Notes under the pieces: generated by a model
Databases searched by the model: none
What the model was told of the DNA's origin: nothing
The model's input: the letters and a program-made list of their open reading frames with translations, nothing else
Translations under genes and position numbers: made by a program
From: Bilabrum cf. latius
Lineage: Eukaryota
Reading direction: 5' to 3'
DNA: 38,401 nucleotides
NCBI GenBank assembly: GCA_965178125.1
Contig: OZ237778.1
Span: 1 to 38,401 of the forward strand
Shown: in pieces, positions 1 through 12,875 of the stretch
Layout: every line of letters starts with the position of its first letter
Position numbering within the stretch: the stretch's first letter is position 1

Positions 1-72
1 GTTCATGTAGCTCAATGGTAGAGCAGAAGACTGAAAATCTTTGTGTCGATGGTTCAATTCCATTCTTGAACA
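1..72 (+). tRNA. trnF: tRNA-Phe(GAA)
   Basis: Cloverleaf; anticodon loop CT-GAA-AA; T arm GATGG-TTCAATT-CCATT; acceptor GTTCATG/CTTGAAC with one T-T mismatch. Confidence 0.95.
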
Positions 73-80
73 AAATTTTA

Positions 81-165
81 GAAGTGGTGGCTGAGTGGCT
101 AAAAGCGGTAGACTGTAAATCTATTGAGATAATTCTCTACATTGGTTCGAATCCAATCTGCTTCA
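81..165 (+). tRNA. trnY: tRNA-Tyr(GTA), long variable arm
   Basis: Acceptor GAAGTGG/CTGCTTC; anticodon arm GTAGA-CTGTAAA-TCTAT; TTCGAAT T loop. Confidence 0.95.
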
Positions 166-233
166 TTTTTTTTTTGTTATTGTTATAACTGTAAATTTAT
201 TATTTTCAGTAAGTTTTTTTATATCTTGAATTC

Positions 234-2186
234 ATGTATTTATTATTATTAAGTATACCATTTTTAAATTTTTTATTATTAAGTCTTTTTAGTAGAAATG
301 TGTGACTAGAAAATATTTTTAAATTTTTAATACAATCTAAATTTTTTTTATTATTTTTAACATTTGTAGCTTTCGACGAAATTATTTTTTCTGATTTATC
401 AAGTTTTTTAAATATTAGTATTTGGTTTCAATCTGAATTATTAACTATTTATTGAGGATTTCAATTTGATGGTTTAGTAGGAATTATGTTATTAGTAGTT
501 TCTTCCATATCATCCTGCGTACATATATATTCTTTAGAATACATGGGAGAAGACCCTCACTTACGACGTTTTTTATCATATATAGCGCTTTTTACTTTTT
601 TGATGTATATTTTGATTAGTGCTAATAATTTAATTCAATTGTTCGTAGGATGGGAAGGTGTAGGATTGTCTTCTTATCTATTAATTAATTTTTGATATAA
701 TCGTTTACAAGCTAATAAAGCTGCTTTAAAAGCCATGATTGTTAATAGAGTGGGAGATATTGGACTCGCTATAGGTATTTTTTTGTTATTCAACTTTTTT
801 GGAACAGTAGAGTATGATTTATTAGCTGTTTTAAACGATAATAATATTAATATTTTTTATAAAATAGGGCCTTTAAGTATAAGCCAATTAGATATTATTT
901 GTATATGTTTATTAATTGGGGCAATCGGTAAATCAGCACAGATAGGATTACACGTTTGATTACCTGATGCAATGGAAGGACCTACTCCGGTATCTGCTTT
1001 GATTCATGCAGCTACAATGGTTACTGCAGGTGTTTTTTTAATTTCTCGGGTATCTTTTTTATTTGAAAATTCTTTATTCTCTTTTTTTTTGATTTGTGTT
1101 GTAGGAAGTTTAACAGCATTAATGGCCGGTACTATTGGATTAGTCCAGAATGATTTAAAAAAAGTTATAGCATATTCAACTTGTAGCCAGTTAGGTTACA
1201 TGATATTAGTTAGTGGTATTGGAGGTTATAAAGAAGCTATGTTTCATTTAACTACCCATGCTTTTTTTAAAGCAGGTTTATTTTTAGGAGCAGGAAGTTT
1301 AATACATGCAGTTAGTGATGAACAGGACATGAGAAAATTGGGAAGTTTACATTCTTTTATTCCTTTCACAACAATCGTAATGATGGTGTGTTCTTGTTCG
1401 TTATGTGGAATGCCTTTTTCCGCAGGTTTTTTTTCAAAAGATTTTATTTTAGAATCTGCAGGTAGCTACGAAAGTACAGAAAGTTTTTTTATTTACTGAA
1501 TAGGATTTATTACTGCAATTTTAACCGCTATTTATAGTAGTAGATCTTTATATTCTAGTTTTTATGATGAAGTACAAGGATTAAAAAAAATATATCAAAA
1601 TATACACGAAGGTACTATTCTAATGGTGGGGCCTTTATTTTTTTTAATTTTATCGGGAACTTCTTATGGTCAAATTTTATTTGAAATCTTTTTAGGTTAT
1701 GGTAATGATATTTGATTATTTTTAGGAAATTTTAAGATTAAAGACTCTAATTTTTTTTCAGCTGAATTTTTAGATGTTTATTTCAAACAAAACTTATTTT
1801 ATTTAGTAGTTCTTTCTATAACTACATTTTTCATTCTTATATTTTTCGTGTGAAAAAATATTTTATGAGAAAATAGTCTTTCTAATTTTTTAAATAATAC
1901 AGGATTATACCATTTTTTAAATAAAAAATGATATTTTGATAAGATTTATAATAGTTATATTAATAGTAATATAAGTTCTATTGCTTATAATATAACTTAT
2001 CAAAATTTAGATCGTGGAGTGTTTGAAGATTTAGGTCCAACAGGTATAAGTACTTTAATTTATCAAATAGCTGCGCGCTTAAAAAAAATTTATTTTGGTA
2101 TTTTATATCAACATTTATTATTATTAGTAATCTCTTTTATTTTAGTAATGTACTTTTTTTTTAGTTTAAATAATTTAATATTTTAA
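234..2186 (+). CDS. nad5: NADH dehydrogenase subunit 5 (650 aa, UGA=Trp)
   Basis: Three track ORFs share one frame, joined through TGA; motifs [45 protein letters not shown]; ends TAA. Confidence 0.97.
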
Positions 2187-2240
2187 TAATAAATTTAAAT
2201 GAATTAGTTTAAAGGTTTTAAAGTATTTTAATAAATTTAA

Positions 2241-2483
<243 letters not shown>

Positions 2484-2503
2484 GAAAATTAATAAAAATT
2501 TAA

Positions 2504-3451
2504 ATGACAAATTTAGTAAAATTATTCAGTATTATTTTTTTTAATTTAACTTTTATAAATTCTGTTCAATTAGAACAAATGTCTAATTGACAATATGGAT
2601 TTCAAATTCCTGCTGCACCGGCCGCAGAAGGTATCTTAAATTTCCATCATGATCTTTTTTTTATCCTACTTATTATTATAGGAATAGTTTTTTGAGCTAT
2701 ATATATATGTATTTCTTTATGAAATTCAACTAAAACTAATCAACCTATTTATTATTTTTCACATGCATCTGTATTAGAAATGGTATGAACCATCATACCA
2801 GCTATTATATTAACCTTAATTGCAGGACCTTCTTTTGTTCTTTTATATTCTGTCGATGAAATCATAAGTGCTTTAATTTCTTTTAAAGTTATAGGTCACC
2901 AATGATATTGATCTTACGAAAATATAAGTTATGATTTTTTATTTGAAGAATTACAACTTTTAAATAATATTGTAGATGCTAACGCATCGAGTGAAAAAAT
3001 CGAATCTTTAAATAACTTTCAAGATTTTGTAAATAAATATATTAGAACTTCTAATGTGTCTTTTGACAGTTACATGGTTAATGAAAGTGAATTACAACAT
3101 CGTTCCCAACGTATGTTGAAAGTAGATAATAAATTGTATGTTCCAATAGAAACTAATATTAGATTTTTAGTAACTTCATCCGACGTTCTACATAGTTGAG
3201 CAATACCTAGTTTGGGTATTAAATTAGATGCTTGTCCAGGTCGTTTAAATCAAACTTCAACTTATATTAATAGACCCGGAAATTTTATGGGGCAATGTAG
3301 TGAAATTTGTGGGGTTAACCATGGTTTTATGCCTATTTCAATAGGTGCCGTAGACTTATTTGGTGCAGGTAATGTAATGAAAGAAGAAGAATTACAAAAT
3401 ATAGCCAGTTTATTTAAACATTTAAGTATTGAAATGATAAACTCTAATTAA
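2504..3451 (+). CDS. cox2: Cytochrome c oxidase subunit 2 (315 aa, internal insertion)
   Basis: WQYGFQ, GHQWYWSYE, DVLHSW, CuA motif [14 protein letters not shown]. Confidence 0.97.
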
Positions 3452-3460
3452 AAAATTTTA

Positions 3461-4657
3461 ATGGATATTTTAAAAAGTGTTAATGTAGAAACACAAAAAA
3501 ACTTTATGTTAAATTTTGGACCACAACATCCAGCAGCGCATGGAGTTCTACGTCTTATTTTATCGTTAGAGGGAGAAACAGTAATTTCAGCTGATCCTCA
3601 TATAGGTTTGTTACATCGAGGAACAGAAAAATTATTGGAGTATAAAAATTATTTACAAGGTATACCTTATTTTGATCGTTTAGATTATGTATCTATGATG
3701 GCACAAGAGCATGTCATTTGTTTAGCTATTGAAAAATTGACTAATTTAAAAGTTAGTTTACGTTCTCAATTTATTAGAGTAATTTTTTTAGAAATTACAC
3801 GAATTTTAAATCATTTATTAGCAATAGGGTGCCATTCCATAGATGTAGGGGCCATGACTCCAATGCTATGAAGTTTTGAAGAACGAGAAAAATTAATGGA
3901 AATCTACGAACGTATAAGTGGTGCAAGAATGCATGCTAGTTTTTTTCGTCCTGGAGGCGTAAGTCAAGATTTACCACGAGGTTTATTATCAGATATTATA
4001 CGTTTCACAAATCAATTTGTAAAACGTATAGACGAAATTGAAGAATTATTAACTAATAATAGAATATGAAAACAACGTTTAGTACAAGTGGGACATGTAC
4101 CTTTAGAGTATGCTAAAAGCGCTGGCTTTAGTGGTGTAATGTTACGTGGAAGTGGATCGAGCCATGATTTAAGAAAAGCTATACCTTATGAAATTTATGA
4201 TAAAATTCCTTTTAATGTAGTCTCGGGTACAAAAGGGGATTGTTATGATAGATATCAAATTAGAGTAGAAGAAATGAGACAATCTTTAAATATAATAGAA
4301 TTTTGTGTCAAACATATTTCTGCAGGTAGTATTTATTCTGATGATAAGAAGTTAACTCCTCCTAGTAGAAATGAAATCAAAAATTCTATGGAAGGTTTGA
4401 TAAATCATTTTAAATATTTTACTGAAGGTATAACAGTACCTAGTGGGCGTGTCTATGTATCTACAGAAGCACCAAAAGGAGAATTTGGAGTAACTTTAAT
4501 TTCAGATGGGACTAATAGTCCTTATAGATGTAAAATAAGGGCTCCTGGTTTCTTTCACTTACAAGGTTTAGACTGAATGACTAAAGGGCATATGATTGCA
4601 GATGTGGTTACTGTTATAGGAACTCAAGATATCGTTTTTGGGGAAATTGATCGTTAA
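3461..4657 (+). CDS. nad7: NADH dehydrogenase subunit 7 (398 aa)
   Basis: [29 protein letters not shown]-terminal DIVFGEIDR*. Confidence 0.98.
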
Positions 4658-4674
4658 CGATATAATTAATTTAA

Positions 4675-5412
4675 ATGTATAAAATCTTGAAAAAAGATTA
4701 TTTATTAAAACGAAAATTAAAAATTAAAAAAACAGGAGGACGTAATAAAGTAGGTAAAATAACTGCGCGTCACAGAGGAGGAGGTCATAACCAAAAATAT
4801 TATAATATTTCATGAACTAAACAAACATTCAATAATATTTTAGTTGGAAATGTTATTAAACAAAGTTATAGGCAACCACTAAATTTATATTTTAATAAAG
4901 AAAATAATCAATTGAGTTTATGCTCTAACGTAGTAGAACATCAATTATTTGATTTTATGTTAAATCAAGAAAAGGAAGGTAAGATAAATTTATTAAAACA
5001 AATTAGTATAGGGGCTTATATTTACAATATAGAACGAAAGTTTGAAATGGGTCCAATTTACTGTAGGTCAAAATTTTCGTTTGGACAAGTTTTGCAAGTA
5101 ATAAAAGATAAAATATTGATTAAACTTCCTTCGAAAAAAATTAAATTATTTGATAAAAACATAAAAATTTTTCTTCTAAATAATTTAAATATTATCAAAC
5201 AAAAAGATGAATCTAAAAAATTAAAAAATAAAGCAGGGTGTTCTAGATGATTAGGGCGACGTCCAAAAGTTAGAGGTGTTGCAATGAATCCTGTGGATCA
5301 CCCTCATGGGGGTGGAGAAGGAAAAACTTCTGGAGGACGTTTTTCTTGCTCGCCTACAGGATTATTAGCAAAAGGGTACAAAACAAAACGTAAGAAACAT
5401 GAGAAAATTTAA
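4675..5412 (+). CDS. rpl2: Ribosomal protein L2
   Basis: [18 protein letters not shown] and [32 protein letters not shown]. Confidence 0.96.
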
Positions 5413-5623
5413 CTTTAATAATTATTTATTTATACATAAAAAACAACAAAATATCCCTAAAAAGGTGAAATCAAATGTTCAATTAATTCCTGTGTTTTTA
5501 AATAAATCAGTACAAGTATATAATGGTTTAAATTATTTTAATATTGATGAAATTAAAAAAAAGCATTTAAATTATAAAATAGGTACTTTTATTAATACAC
5601 GTGTTACAAAAAAAAGAAACTAA
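5399..5623 (+). CDS. rps19: Ribosomal protein S19 (divergent)
   Basis: [14 protein letters not shown]...KIGTFINTR resembles S19; sits between rpl2 and rps3 as in the ancestral S10 operon. Confidence 0.85.
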   Translation: MRKFNFNNYLFIHKKQQNIPKKVKSNVQLIPVFLNKSVQVYNGLNYFNIDEIKKKHLNYKIGTFINTRVTKKRN

Positions 5624-8050
5624 ATGGGACGTTCAGGACAAAAGGTGAATCCAGTAGGTTGAAGAGTAGGTATTTATCGAAAATGAAAAAATAGTTGAAT
5701 TCAAAACAAACTAAATTATAAAGATTTATTATTAACAAGTATAAACACTTCAAAATTATTACGTTCGTTTTTACGTTTCGGTAAAAAACGACGATTATTC
5801 TTTTTTAATTATAATTTACTTAATAATAATAATTTAGATATCTTTTGTTTTTTTACTAGAATAAAACGTAAAAAAATGAAATTTAGGCAAAAAAAGAAAA
5901 AAATTAAAAGGTATAATAGAAAGTTGCAACAGTTGATGTTAAATTATTATGAAAAAAAATGAGATGTTTTTTTTAGTAAAAAACGATCGAAAATAAAGAA
6001 AATTAAACAAAAACACACAAAGCTCCAAAATGATTATAATAATTCTTTTTATTGACTTTATTTTAACAATTTGAGAAAATTTCAAAAGAATAAATTTAAA
6101 TCAAAAAAACCTTTGAAACTTTTTCAAAAGAGTAAAATTAAATCAAAATTGAAACAAAAGAAAGGTATATATAAACGAAAATTTTGATATTTTCGAGAAT
6201 GATGATTTTCAAAAGTAAAAAGAAGATCTTTTAGAAAATCTAGATTAAAGAACAAAAAATTTAATAAAGTTGAGTTGAAATTAAAACAACGAAATTATAA
6301 GAATAAACGAATGATAAATAAGATAAAAAAAAGAAAAACTTATTATTATCATTTTTTTTATAATATTGAATATTTTAGTTTATATTTTTCTTTTAATTTA
6401 TTAAATAACTTTCCTAAAACTTTCAGCACAAAACACAGAGATCATTTAACTTTAGCGATTTTAAAAGAATTATTCTTAAAATCATTTTTATTCTCTAATA
6501 ATTTGTTTAAATATAGTATTTTACATTTAAATTACAAAAAGTTAGAATCCTTTCAATCAGAATTTAACATAAGTTACGAAACAAGCTATATTCACAAGTT
6601 GATAATGAATAAATATAACTTTCATTATCAAGATAAAAGTTTTTTTAAACATAAATTAACTTACAGTGATAATTTTTTTGCTGTTAATAAAAAACATTCA
6701 ATAGGTAAAAGAATTTTGAATAAATTTAGCTTTAATAACAATCTTAGACATAATATTTTTAAGAAAACAGCACGATCAAATCTAGTATACCAAAGTTATT
6801 TTATAAATTCTCGATATAATTTTAATCAATTATTTTTTAATAATTTAACTTTTTATGATAAAATCATAAAGTCAACAATTAAAAATATTTCTAGAAATAA
6901 AATTTTTCCAAGTTTAAAACTTTTAAGTTTTTTAAAGTTAAATAATTTGTATTCTTTACGTTTATCTTTTTTTTATAAAAAACCAAATCTTTTTTTTACC
7001 AATAAAATTTTACAAAAAACTTTTAAATTTAATAACTATGTATTAACCAATGTGAAAAAGAAAAAAAAAATTTTAAACATTTATAATACTACCAAAATTT
7101 TCTTTAAGTATAAATATTTGAAAAATCCTTTAAAATTAATTAAAAGTAGTTTAAATATTTTGACTGGATATAATACTGACGTTTTTTTTGGATCTGTTAA
7201 TTCGTTATACAAATTTTCTCGAAAAAAATATTGAGATCCTGACAATTTAAAAAAATTACCCACCTATAGACAAAAGTTATATTTAAAACAGATACGCTTA
7301 CGTAAATACGAATTGAAAAAATTAGTTTTTAAATTTTATCGTCGAGTACGTAGACGTTATATACAATTAAAAAATTTAAAATTTTTACTTCGATTATGTA
7401 TGTTAACAAGTTTCGTTAAACGCCCTATAATCTTTGCTCGGTATTTTTGTTATCAAATACATAAATTTCCTAAAAAATATAGACAAATTCCTTTTTTAAA
7501 ATACGTGATGTCTATATTCTTAACATTATCTAAAAGAAAAGAAATTTTAGGATCAAGGATACAAATACAAGGACGGTTTGATAAATGAAGAAGATCAAAA
7601 ATCATTATAAAAGAAAGCGGCATTTTGACTACACGTAAAAAGTTTTTTTTTATAGAATACGGAAGCGCCTCAAGTTTTATAAAAAAAGGGAGTTTTGGCA
7701 TAAAAATTTGATTATCATATAGTTCTAAATTTTCAAATTTTTATAAAAAGTGTTTAAATTCTTATTTTAATTATTCAAATTTTTATAAAAAAAATATTTT
7801 AAAAAAGAAAAAATTGTTGAATAATTTTTTTCAAAATAAAACATTGTTAAAAAAAGAAAGAAGAAAAAGAAAAAATAAATTTAAATTTAAACAAAAACAT
7901 AGCAAATATAGAAAGAAAAAAATTACTTCTAAAAATAGATTAAAAAAGAATTCTAATTCAATCACTTATTATTGAAATTATAAAAAAATAAAATGGTTAT
8001 TACAACAAAATAAGATTACTGAATTAGTAAATTTAGGTAATTTAGCTTAA
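5624..8050 (+). CDS. rps3: Ribosomal protein S3, greatly expanded (808 aa)
   Basis: N-terminal GQKVNPVGWRVG; C-terminal domain ILGSRIQIQGRF...GSFGIKIW; single frame open throughout with UGA=Trp. Confidence 0.9.
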
Positions 8051-8063
8051 AACTTAAATTTAA

Positions 8064-8477
8064 ATGAATTTTAAACCTAAACAATGAAAAAAAAAAAAAA
8101 ATAGTAAACAACGTTTAAGCTTATTAAAAACAAAACGTTCATGTGTAAATGAGCATGGAATTTATGCGTTAAAAGCAATAGAACCTGGCAAATTATCTTT
8201 AAGTACAATCGAAGTTATTAGGCGCTTTATAATGAATAAAACAAAACGTAAATCAAAACTTTGATCGAGAATTTCTCCAGATAGTCATATGACTAGAAAA
8301 CCTGCTGAAGTTAGAATGGGAAGAGGTAAGGGAGCTATAGATCACTGATTCGCGCGCATAAAAAGAGGGCAAATTATTTTTGAAATAAATATGAATCAAT
8401 CAAACCTTTTAAAAAATTTATTAAATAAAATTGATCATAAAATTCCTTTTAAAAGTAAAATTATAAAAATAAAGTAA
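8064..8477 (+). CDS. rpl16: Ribosomal protein L16
   Basis: TRKPAEVRMGRGKG...W...GQIIFE; absent from the ORF track because of TGA codons. Confidence 0.96.
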
Positions 8478-9736
8478 TGAAAGAGTTACAAAATAAAAAT
8501 AATTCGAAAGAATTACAATTGCCTGTAAAAAAATATGAATCTTTTTCATCAAATCGTATTTTTTTTATCGAACAACTTTTGGGTATTTTACAATTTACCA
8601 TTAAAAAAGGGTTAAAAAAAAAATTAAAAAGAGAACTGAATTTATTATTATTAGAATTATATAACAAAGATAACACATTTTTTTATAAATTCAATAAAAG
8701 GTTAATTCGGTATAAACAACCATATAAAACTGTATCAAAACGAAAAAAAAAATGAAAACGTAGATTATTTTCGGTGAAGCAAAAAGAATTTAGAGTAACT
8801 CCGTTTCTAAAAAAAAATTTTTTTACAAAGAATTTTAAACGTTTTTATAGAAGACGACCTAAGAATTATTTGATTTTTTTAAATTCTAGAGAACAAATGC
8901 ATAACATTAAAAAAATTTATATAGATTTAGTAAAAGGTGAAACAACCTCTCAATTTAGAAGCACTGTTTCGAAACAAATAAAATTTTTTTTTAATATAAA
9001 ATCTCTAAAAACACAAAAAAAGATAGGATGAATAAAATATTTAATTCGTAAATATTTAAGACAAAAATATCCAAATAAAAAATTTTGAAATCGTTACAAA
9101 ACACCAGTACATTATTCAAAAAAATTCATATATAAACGTAAGTTAAAGTTTAGGTTATTAAGAAAAAAAAGAAGAAGTAAGTTGTGACGTTTTCTAAAAT
9201 TAAAAAATAAGCATAACGGTTATAATTTCAGTAATTTAAAAACAATAAATACAAAATCTTTAGTTAAAGCAAAAACATATATATCTAATTCATCAAAACG
9301 AAGTAAAAATTTATCAATTTATAACAAGTACTTTTATTATAAATTCGCCAAAAAAGTTAAATTTAATAGAGAAGGGCATACTTGAAAAAGAGTTTATTCT
9401 ACTGAATCATTACAAACTTATCAAGTTGTTTTTTATAGTTCTGATAAATACAATTTAACTAAAGTTCAAAAATATATAAAAAATTTATTAAAAAATAATT
9501 TAAAAGTTAAATTACTTATACACCCTATACAAAAAAAAGTAAAAAAAGTAACTGTTCTTAAATCACCTCATGTCAATAAAACAGCACGAAGTCAATACGA
9601 TCAAGTTAATTATAAATTACGAATAGAAATACAAAATAATAATTTAGTAAATAAAAAAAGAATATATTTAATTTTAGTTAAACTAAAAACTTATTTTTCT
9701 TTTTTAGATTTTTCTTTTAAATCTGTATTACTTTAA
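8477..9736 (+). CDS. rps10: Ribosomal protein S10 with ~300-aa N-terminal extension (419 aa; possible rps7-rps10 fusion)
   Basis: C-terminal TVLKSPHVNKTARSQY S10 signature; frame open from the ATG overlapping the rpl16 stop (TAATG). Confidence 0.85.
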
Positions 9737-9737
9737 A

Positions 9738-9810
9738 GTATTTCTAGCTCAACCGGAAGAGCTTTGACCTTCTAAGTCAATGGTTATGGGTTCAAATCCC
9801 ATGAAGTACT
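9738..9810 (+). tRNA. trnR: tRNA-Arg(TCT)
   Basis: Acceptor GTATTTC/GAAGTAC; anticodon arm TTGAC-CTTCTAA-GTCAA. Confidence 0.93.
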
Positions 9811-9827
9811 ATATATTTAATTTATTA

Positions 9828-11135
9828 ATGAATAATTATTTACATGTTAAAAATACTAAAGAAAACTTAATAAATAATGATTATAACAATTTTGTCATTT
9901 TATGATTTATATTATTAACTAATTCGGTTTTTCCTTCATTAGATTATAAAAACTTATCTTTTTTTAATTTATCAAATTCTTTATTTATTCGTTTTCAGTA
10001 TCCGGATTTATTTTTTATTTTAATTGAATTTTTTATTTTAGATATAACTTTATCGTTTTCACAATTAATCGATCTATGCGTGACAGATTATCCTTTTTTA
10101 AAACATCGTTTTGATTTAAGTTATATTTTTTTTTTATTTGATTTAAAATTTTATGTAGTATTAAATATTGCATTAACAGAATTTGGTATAATTAGTACTC
10201 TATTTTATGTATTTTTATCTGCTTTATGATCAGAAAGAGAAGTTTGAGACAGTATGGGTATACGTTTTTCAGAAAATCCTGGAATGCGTCGAATTTTAAG
10301 TGATTATGGTTTTCATGGACATTATGGGCGTAAGGATTATCCTTTATTGGGTACTTATGAATTACATTACAGCGAAGCTTTAAAAATTATTGTAAAAAAG
10401 ATTCCTTCATTTAGTCAAATGATGAGAACATTTATCTTCAAAGATTTGAATAACGTGGAACAAACAAATTTATCTTTTAAATCTTCTATATTTTTTATCT
10501 GTTTTAGTTGATTTAATTTTATTTCTCTAGATTTTTTGTTTTTTTTTATATTAATTTTATTCTTTGTTTTGTGAGTGTCTTTAATAAGTTTTGCTCCCTA
10601 TAAAGATCAAGGAACTTTTTCGATTCAATTTTACACATTATTTTTATTTTTAAGTTTATACTTGTCAGGAAGTTGTGAAAAATTTTATTTTATTTTTAAA
10701 GAACACACTAGTTTAAACAATTTAGATTCAATAAATTTTTTATTTGAATATTTATCATCTTCTAATATATTTTTGTCTTTTTTAAGTTTAATAATATTTT
10801 TTTCCTTTTTTTTATTTTATCAAAAATATTTGAATAAAGATGAAATTATAGATAAAGATATAGTTTTAAACTTGACATTGTTTTCAATATTATTTTTTTT
10901 TTGAATTATAGTAAAAGATTTTATTGAATTATTTTTGATTATAGAAGGATTTGCTTTTTTAAGTTTTATTTTAGTAGCTAGATCTCGTCAAACTAAATTA
11001 GGTTCTTCTGTTGGAATACGTTATTTATTGTTAAGTGGAATTCCTGCAGTGTTTTTCATTTATGGTATAAGTTTTTATTATTATTATACTACTTCTATTT
11101 TATTATATGATATTGATTCATATATTAATATTTAA
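9828..11135 (+). CDS. nad9: Nad9 fused in frame to the N-terminal part of Nad2 (435 aa)
   Basis: Nad9 motifs LIDLCVTDYP, WSEREVWDSMGIRF, RRILSDYGF..RKDYPL; no TAA/TAG before the Nad2-type helices ELFLIIEG...GIRYLLLSG...YGIS. Confidence 0.85.
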
Positions 11136-11143
11136 AAATTCGA

Positions 11144-12238
11144 ATGTCTTTTTATTATGAAAAATTTAAACTAAAAGATTATATTTTTGATGTTATCCAA
11201 TTTTTAATATTTAACTTAACAAAAATTTTGGGGTTAAATATCGTTTTTATATTATTATGGTCTAATTTCGATTTAGAGTTTAATGTAATAGAAGATAATT
11301 TATTTAATCAATCAATTTTTATGATAGAAAAAAATTTAATATCATGAAGATCTATAATAAATGATTCATTAATTGATTATACGATAAATTACAACAACTG
11401 AAATTTATTATTTTTTTGAAGCATAAGTTCAATATTATTTTTATTTTTGTTTAAGTGAGCTGCTTGACCTACTTATAATTGAGCTATTTTTATTTATAAT
11501 ATTTCTAATACAGGAGCAGCAGGTTTTTTATCTTTTTCAATGAAATTTGTATATGGTATCTTTATTTTAATTTTGAACATTTATCTTTTTAACTATTTAG
11601 ATATGTTTTGAAGTTTACTTTTACTAATGATAAGTATTTTCAGTTCTTTATTTGCAGTTTTAGGCGCTGTGAATGAACGTTTTATTAAAAAATTTTTACT
11701 ATATAGTTCTTTAGGTCATGTAAGTTTTATGTTACTAGGATTAGTTTACTTTTTAAATGGTGGCTTTGAAATGTTATTTCTATATTTGGTTATTTATACT
11801 TTAATGTCTAATATATCATGGTTATTTTTAGTTTCTTCATTACAAAATATTAAATTATTAAATTCATTTGTACTTTCTTTAAATAATGATACAATTTCTA
11901 AAGTAATTATAAGTTTAATGTTATTTTCTTTAAGTGGTTTACCTCCTTTTAGTGGTTTTTTTGTAAAATTTGAAATGTTATTATTATCAATATATAGTTC
12001 TGATTATATATTAGTTATAGTTTTACTCATTTTAAGTTTAATTACTCTTTTTTATTACATACGTATAATAAAAATAATCTTTTTCGATAAATTTGAGTTA
12101 TCAAAAAATTTAGGTGTAAGAGAAAATATATTACAACTTTTAATTAGTTTCAGTTTTATTTGTGTTATTTTTTTTATACTTTTTTTTGATTATACTATGG
12201 TATATTATTTAAAAAATTTCATAAATTGTTTTTTTTAA
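11144..12238 (+). CDS. nad2: NADH dehydrogenase subunit 2, C-terminal part (364 aa)
   Basis: FLFKWAAWPTYNW (cf. FKLGAAPFHFW), IKKFLLYSSLGH, SLSGLPPFSGFFVKF, FYYIRIIK. Confidence 0.9.
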
Positions 12239-12249
12239 TCATAATTTTT

Positions 12250-12471
12250 ATGATATATTTATATTTGATTTTAATCTTCTTTTTTTATTACAAAATTTTT
12301 TTGATCTTCGAAATTTTTAATATTTTAAATTTAAATCTTTTCTTTAACTTATTATTATTTTATACTAATATAAAATATAAAATTAATTATATTTTTATCT
12401 TTAATGTATTAACTTTTTGGATCATTAGTGAATCCAATTTCATAATTTTGAGAACTTCTTTTTACTTTTAA
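12250..12471 (+). CDS. Hypothetical hydrophobic protein (73 aa)
   Basis: ATG..TAA ORF filling the gap between nad2 and rps8; strongly hydrophobic; no confident motif. Confidence 0.45.
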   Translation: MIYLYLILIFFFYYKIFLIFEIFNILNLNLFFNLLLFYTNIKYKINYIFIFNVLTFWIISESNFIILRTSFYF

Positions 12472-12480
12472 AATTATCAA

Positions 12481-12870
12481 ATGAAAACCATCAAACAATT
12501 AATAAATTTAGTAAATTTAAATTTAAAACAACAACGCAGATGATTCTGTTTTAAAATTAAACATAATAATTTTTTTATTTATTATTTTTTAAATATATTA
12601 ATATTAGAAAATTATATAAGATCTTATCAATTATTTTATAAACAAAATTGTTTGTGAGTAGAAATTATATTATATAATAATATTTCTAATAAAAATTATA
12701 AGAAAATAAATCTTTTAAAAAAAAAAGAAAAAATTAAAATTAATAGTTTATGAACCAAACATAATTATGGTAACTTATTAATTTTAACAACTCCTTTTGG
12801 TTTATTAACGCATAAAGATTGCTTACGTTTAAACATAGGAGGGATACCTTTAATTAATTTAACTATTTAA
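12481..12870 (+). CDS. rps8: Ribosomal protein S8
   Basis: C-terminal LILTTPFGLLTHKDCLRLNIGG; 129 aa; directly upstream of rpl6. Confidence 0.93.
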
Positions 12871-12875
12871 GAAAA

